A stretch of 64,000 nucleotides of DNA from positions 1,408,001 to 1,472,000 of the forward strand of contig CBDCYI010000005.1 of the NCBI GenBank assembly GCA_965224085.1. The letters run 5' to 3'. Positions within the stretch are counted from its first letter, which is position 1. Each line of letters opens with the position of its first letter. Origin of the DNA: Candidatus Marinacidobacterales bacterium. Its GTDB lineage: Bacteria; Acidobacteriota; Vicinamibacteria; Marinacidobacterales; SMYC01. Positions 59,406 to 64,000 of the stretch are shown piece after piece. The notes under the pieces are model-generated. The model saw only the letters and a program-made list of their open reading frames with translations, had not been told where the DNA came from and searched no databases. Position numbers and translations under genes: made by a program.

Positions 59406-60196
59406 TTACACGCCCTTGACCGCTCCGCCGTCAATCTGAATGCAAGCGCCCGTCACGTAGCTGGCCCGCTCCGAGCAGAGAAATACAACTACAGAGGCGA
59501 ATTCTTCGGGGCCCCCCAGGCGGCCCATTGGGATTTGGTCGGTCCATCGTCTGAAGATGGTTTCTTTCGGGACACCATCCTGCTCGCTCATGCGCTCGGC
59601 GAGATCGACGAGGCGGTCGGTTTTCGTGTAGCCTGGGCAAGCGACGTTCACACCTATTCCGTGCGGCGCGAGCTCGTTCGAAAGAGACTTCATCAGACCT
59701 ACGACGCCCGATCGCGCCGTGTTCGACAGGATCAGCCCGTCGATGGGCTGTTTTACTGAGATAGAGGCGATCGCGACGATCCGGCCCGAACGTCGCACTC
59801 GCATGCCCGGAACCACCGCCCGGCACAAATGGATCGTTGATAGCAAGTTGAGCTCGAGCCCTTGCCGCCAAGCGTCGACGTCCGTGGTCTCGAAACGGCT
59901 GGCGGGTGGCCCCCCCGCGTTGGCTACGAGGATATCGATGCGGTCGAAACGCTCAGTCGCCGCGTCGACCAGGTGGCGGACGTCCTTTTCCTTCGTGACG
60001 TCGGTAGGAACCGCGAGAACGTCACCGTTCGCTGATTTTCGAATATCTTCCGCAGCCGCTTCGAGGACCACCTGGTCTCGCGAGGCGACGACGACGTGGG
60101 CTCCCTCCGTGGCGAGGGTCTCGCGGCCACGGATTTTCCCAGGCCCCGGCTCGCGCCCGTAACGAGCGCGACTTTGCCCACGAGACCCAGATCCAT
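59406..60196 (-). CDS. SDR family oxidoreductase, frameshift near 60125
   Basis: MDLGLVGKVALVTGASRGLG in one frame; NAGGPP, SNTAR, PG...T, DGG in the next. Confidence 0.88.
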
Positions 60197-60222
60197 GGCT
60201 ATCGGGTGCTTTAGGGGGTGAC

Positions 60223-60564
60223 CTACGAGTACTGCTTCTCTTTGCAGCTGATGCAGACCTTGGTCCAGGGAACGGCTCCAAGCCGCGCGGCAGAGATTTC
60301 CTCCTCGCAATCGACGCAGACACCGTAGGTGCCGGCTTCGACGCGGCTGAGCGCGCCCTCGATGGCGCGAAGAAGCTTGGCGTCGGTTTGTTTCAACTGG
60401 ATGCTGATTTCTTCTTCGTTCGCGGCCGCCGAGCGGTCGGCGAAATCGCCGTGCCCGTCCGTTCCCGATCTGCCGGTCAGCCCTTTTTTGCCGATCGAGC
60501 TTTCGAGGCCCTGCTTCTTCGCAAGCAGGGCTTTCTTGTGTTGAGTTAGCTCAGGTTTCTTCAT
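60223..60564 (-). CDS. TraR/DksA C4 zinc-finger protein
   Basis: DFAD coiled-coil tip, GTYGVCVDC...RL.AVPW...CISC. Confidence 0.9.
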   Translation of the reverse strand: MKKPELTQHKKALLAKKQGLESSIGKKGLTGRSGTDGHGDFADRSAAANEEEISIQLKQTDAKLLRAIEGALSRVEAGTYGVCVDCEEEISAARLGAVPWTKVCISCKEKQYS

Positions 60565-60660
60565 TCTGCAATGCCCTAAGGAATCCCGAAAAACCAGTTA
60601 TTTTAGCACGCTCTCGTGGAGCGGGCAATTTCAAGGGACATTGCAATCCAAGAGAACGCG

Positions 60661-60987
60661 TCAACGCTTGAGAAAACCGCGCAGGGAATCGGCGTCCTCT
60701 AGGGAGATAGACGTGAACTTCAACGCAGCTTCACATTCGTCGTCGGCGTGGAGCGTTCGGAGGACTTTCGCCTCCACAACGGCGACCTCGCCATCATCGA
60801 GAAAGAGCTTGACGAAGTAGGTCGAGCCGGGCGTCAAGGCGCGTTTGACCCGAAGGAGCATGCCCCCCACGCTCAAGTTCTTGACCGACCCTTCCCATCC
60901 GCCACCGAGTTCAGCGAAACATCGCCCTGAGGCATTGATCCGCCGATGCCGACGCCGCGATGACGTAACCACTTCTACTGTGCCCAT
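60661..60987 (-). CDS. PilZ-domain protein
   Basis: RRRHRR and NLSVGG c-di-GMP-binding motifs. Confidence 0.85.
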   Translation of the reverse strand: MGTVEVVTSSRRRHRRINASGRCFAELGGGWEGSVKNLSVGGMLLRVKRALTPGSTYFVKLFLDDGEVAVVEAKVLRTLHADDECEAALKFTSISLEDADSLRGFLKR

Positions 60988-61070
60988 CAGAGCGCGCTAC
61001 CTCTCGGGGACGATTCCGCCAAGTTCCCTCTTCCCATAGATATCGTACCGCCTAGCCGCACGCGTGACAA

Positions 61071-61574
61071 CTACCGATGCTGGGTGCGGCCGGCCAGCAC
61101 GTCCAGCGCATGCGGAAGCGTGGGCCCCAGCGCCGCGAGTCCCTGCTCCACGGCTTTGGGGCTCCCCGGGAGGCAGAGGATCAGAACCGCTCCCAAGCTC
61201 CCAGCCAAACTACGGGAAAGCACGGCCATCGGCGTATGACGCAGGCCGTCCGCGCGCAAAAGCTCCCCATATCCGGGGATTTCAACGTCCAGAACCTCTC
61301 GGATGGCCTCGGGCGTCACATCGCGGGGACCGAGTCCGGTGCCTCCAGTGGTGACGATGAGCGCGACCTCGTTCCCGTCGACAAAGCCACGGATCCGCTC
61401 GACGATACGCCCCTGCTCGTCCGGAACCACGGCGCGCTCCCGCACGACAAAGCCGAGCTTCGCGAGCTCCGTGGCCGCGGCCTCACCCGAAAGATCCTCG
61501 CGCGTCCCCGAGGCGACTCCGTCGCTGACCGTGAGCACGGCCGCTCGCTTTTCTTTGCCCGCAAGATTAGCCAC
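61071..61574 (-). CDS. MogA/MoaB molybdopterin adenylyltransferase family
   Basis: LTVSD, D.SG, TTGGTG..PRDVTPEA, LPGSPKAV. Confidence 0.93.
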   Translation of the reverse strand: MANLAGKEKRAAVLTVSDGVASGTREDLSGEAAATELAKLGFVVRERAVVPDEQGRIVERIRGFVDGNEVALIVTTGGTGLGPRDVTPEAIREVLDVEIPGYGELLRADGLRHTPMAVLSRSLAGSLGAVLILCLPGSPKAVEQGLAALGPTLPHALDVLAGRTQHR

Positions 61575-61611
61575 AGGAGAAGTATAAGGCTATATTGGAG
61601 CTCGAAGCGCC

Positions 61612-62535
61612 ATGCACAAACCTCTTCGCACGGTAGGCTATGCTGCTCTTCTGGGATTCCTGGTGCAGACCCCCGGGCTTTCGCAAGTCGACGACTCTCG
61701 CTACCAGTTCCGTGTCACCGTCGACTTGATTTCGCTCAACGTCACGGTCACCGATACCCGGAACCGCTTCATCACCGACCTCCTGCAAGAAGAGTTCTCC
61801 GTGTTCGAAGACGGCATCTCGCAGGAAGTGTCGGTGTTCTCGCGGGAGGATCTCCCCATCCGCATGGTGCTCTTGATCGACGCGAGCGCGAGCATGGACG
61901 AGAAGATGACCTTCGCACAGGAAGCTGCAGTCAACTTCGTGGGGGAGATGAAAGACGACGATTTGACCGAAGTCGTTGACTTCGGAAGCAGAGCACACGT
62001 CCTGCAGCCTTTCACGGCCGACGTGGAGAAGCTGAACCGAGCGATCCGCATGACGCAAGCTGGGGGCACGACGAGCCTCTATAACGCGCTTTACATCGCC
62101 CTCAAAAACCTCAGCCGGCGGCGACAGGATATCCGGCGTCAGGCCATCATCGTGCTATCCGACGGTGAAGATACGAGCTCGCTCGTCACTTTCGATCAGG
62201 TGATGGAGCTTGCGAAAGACACCGATGTCACGATTTACACGATCTCGCTCCGAAAATCCGGCGGGCGCCGCAGCCGGGCGTTCTCGAGAGCGGAGCATGT
62301 CTTGAAGAAGCTCGCCGAAGAGACCGGTGGTCAGTGGTTTTTTCCGGGTCAAATCCAAGAGCTCGACTCGGTCTACGCGCGTATCGCGACGGAGCTCAAG
62401 AGCCAGTACAACATTGGTTACGTCTCGAACAATCCGAAACGCGATGGGTCCTGGCGCCGCGTGGTCGTGCAGACGTCGCTCCAGAATCTGCTCGTGCGTA
62501 CAAAGCTCGGCTACTACGCTCCGAAAGAGCCGTAG
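61612..62535 (+). CDS. Secreted VWA protein (Acidobacterial VWFA-related type)
   Basis: V.V.D...F.VFEDG..Q, DASASM, T.LYNA, LSDGED.SS, QY.IGY. Confidence 0.9.
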   Translation: MHKPLRTVGYAALLGFLVQTPGLSQVDDSRYQFRVTVDLISLNVTVTDTRNRFITDLLQEEFSVFEDGISQEVSVFSREDLPIRMVLLIDASASMDEKMTFAQEAAVNFVGEMKDDDLTEVVDFGSRAHVLQPFTADVEKLNRAIRMTQAGGTTSLYNALYIALKNLSRRRQDIRRQAIIVLSDGEDTSSLVTFDQVMELAKDTDVTIYTISLRKSGGRRSRAFSRAEHVLKKLAEETGGQWFFPGQIQELDSVYARIATELKSQYNIGYVSNNPKRDGSWRRVVVQTSLQNLLVRTKLGYYAPKEP

Positions 62536-62553
62536 CACCGCGGTCGGGGCTCG

Positions 62554-63624
62554 TCAGTTCCAGCCGACCAGGCCCAAATCGATTGCCTTTTGCTGCGCGT
62601 GGCCGAGCTGGTTTCTCAAGCTGACGGTTGTCGCAAATGTTTTGCGAAGATGAGTGTCCTCCGCAGCGAAGACTCCCGGGCTCCCGCCTTGAAGATTCGT
62701 GCTTGCGCTTCGACCGGAGACCGAGACTCGGACGCGCGTGATGAAGCTCTCGGGATCACGTCCCTTCGGCACAAGTGAAGGCTCGTCCTCGTAAAGCTCC
62801 GACATGCCCTGAGCATATTGAAGCTGCAGGTTCTCGATATCGCTCGAAACGGGAATCCATTCTTCGCTGAGCGCGAGATCGCGGCGCTCGAGCGCCGGAC
62901 GGGCGGCGGGCGGGAGAGGATTCACACGATATTGCGCGATGTGGAATAGACCGACGACCGCGCAGGCAAGGCTGACGTCGTTCTGAAAAATACCAATGGG
63001 CTGGATCGAAGCGGCTTCGCTCGGGCTGTGTTTCAAGCTTACCGTGACGCAGCGATTCGCCGCGCTCGTCGCGCCTGTGCACTTGAGCGGCTCGAGGAGC
63101 TCGAAGCGTGTGATGCCGGGCTCGACGTCATCGCAGGCCGGATCGCCGTTGGAGCCCTGGAGTGCAAAGAGCGTCATGCCCTCCTGGTAGGCCGACTCCA
63201 TGACGAGCGGCATCGGATTGAAACTCGCGGCGTCGACCTGAAGCACGGTCGAGGCGCCGATCGTTTCGCAAGGCATGCCATCGTTTCCGACGCATGAGAG
63301 CGGCCTGGACACGGGAATCTCCCGGTCAGCGTAGACGATCGTGAGCTCGTCGGGATTCTTCTCTCCGCCGTCGAACCACATCACCGCCATATTCGCAGGC
63401 GTATTGAAGCCCGCGACCATCAGATCCTGGCTGACGCGGATGAGCCCGGCGCGTGCGCTCGCCGTCATTTGGGTGACTTCCGGCTCGCGCTGAAAGCTTT
63501 CCTGGCCTTTGTTCAGAAGCATGAAGACCGAAGCCATCACGACCATGGTGATCAGAAGCGCCATCAGGATCTCGACAAGCGAGAACCCCCGTGCGTCGCG
63601 CTCGCTGCTGGTAACGCCGTTCAT
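62554..63624 (-). CDS. Type IV pilus minor pilin (PilW-like)
   Basis: Prepilin motif G|FSLVEILMAL; GGAGG SD upstream of ATG 63624. Confidence 0.85.
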   Translation of the reverse strand: MNGVTSSERDARGFSLVEILMALLITMVVMASVFMLLNKGQESFQREPEVTQMTASARAGLIRVSQDLMVAGFNTPANMAVMWFDGGEKNPDELTIVYADREIPVSRPLSCVGNDGMPCETIGASTVLQVDAASFNPMPLVMESAYQEGMTLFALQGSNGDPACDDVEPGITRFELLEPLKCTGATSAANRCVTVSLKHSPSEAASIQPIGIFQNDVSLACAVVGLFHIAQYRVNPLPPAARPALERRDLALSEEWIPVSSDIENLQLQYAQGMSELYEDEPSLVPKGRDPESFITRVRVSVSGRSASTNLQGGSPGVFAAEDTHLRKTFATTVSLRNQLGHAQQKAIDLGLVGWN

Positions 63625-63672
63625 TGAGGTAGCCTCCCGCATCAAAAACAGTTACTCGAACGATCTCCTGGT

Positions 63673-63688
63673 AGCAAGCGCCATTCCA
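63673..63688 (-). promoter_or_regulatory. Sigma-54 promoter of the pilin gene
   Basis: Minus strand TGGAATGGCGCTTGCT = GG-N10-GC with TTGC. Confidence 0.6.
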
Positions 63689-64000
63689 CCCGGGAAGCAA
63701 CGCCTAAACCCTTACGATCAAATCGCTTAGACACATGCCGGGAGATCGCCCCTCCCCCAAGTGTGGGGCTTTCGAGCGAAAGACACCCACTCGGGGAGCC
63801 CAAAACGAGGGCTCACGCGTCTAACGCACACGTTTTGAATCGATTGAGGGCGGCTCGGAGGCCGTAGTGAAAACCCCCGGGACGCCCAACCACGCCCAAG
63901 ACGCCAATTTTCTTTCCGGCTTCCCGAAAGAAAATTTACATGGAGCGGCTGCGGCCGTCACACGCCCAAAACCTAACCCGCTGTGATGGAAGCACTTGAG

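Noticed and set aside
7143-62535. Very frequent CTCGAG/GAGCTC/TCGA palindromes as a repeat system
   Set aside because: Largely explained by CTC/GAG/ATC/GTC codon preference inside genes; testing it would need a codon-shuffled null model.
63630-63850. c-di-GMP riboswitch upstream of the pilin gene
   Set aside because: No GGCAAA...GAAA...GGACGCAAA or class II consensus found; a sigma-54 promoter explains the region.
1-64000. CRISPR array, rRNA or tRNA genes
   Set aside because: No regularly spaced 25-40 bp repeats and no recognisable tRNA or rRNA sequence in any intergenic gap read by eye.

Overview
GC-rich bacterial chromosome segment, most likely Acidobacteriota (inferred from the Acidobacterial-type VWA protein, the TPR/FG-GAP/ASPIC-UnbV protein, a PEP-CTERM protein, an MglA-like GTPase and the nuo/atpIBE linkage). 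It is mostly housekeeping and envelope genes: a partial sigma-70 factor, M20 deacylase, two sigma-54 two-component systems, GT-C-like membrane proteins, rnhA, an ABC-F, a sulfatase-like enzyme, an AAA+/VWA pair, an MrfAB-like helicase/exonuclease, argR, moaDE, thiD, tsaD, mtnA, Fo ATP synthase genes, nuoLM, a DksA-like protein and a pilin. Four IS elements are present (ISNCY, IS200, IS6, IS630). There is a rearranged accessory patch at about 2.85-7.1 kb, and several 1-2 nt frameshifts that may be long-read errors. No rRNA, tRNA or CRISPR array was seen. The most notable signal is a self-standing operon with its own sigma-70 promoter, nuoL-nuoM-atpZ/I-atpI-atpB-atpE. Its NuoL carries a 26-residue duplication in the lateral helix, the hallmark of extra-pump '2M' complex I. 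Its c subunit has Ala/Ser in place of the glycine zipper and a Q...ES..Y ion site. All calls come from reading motifs by eye; no database searches were run.
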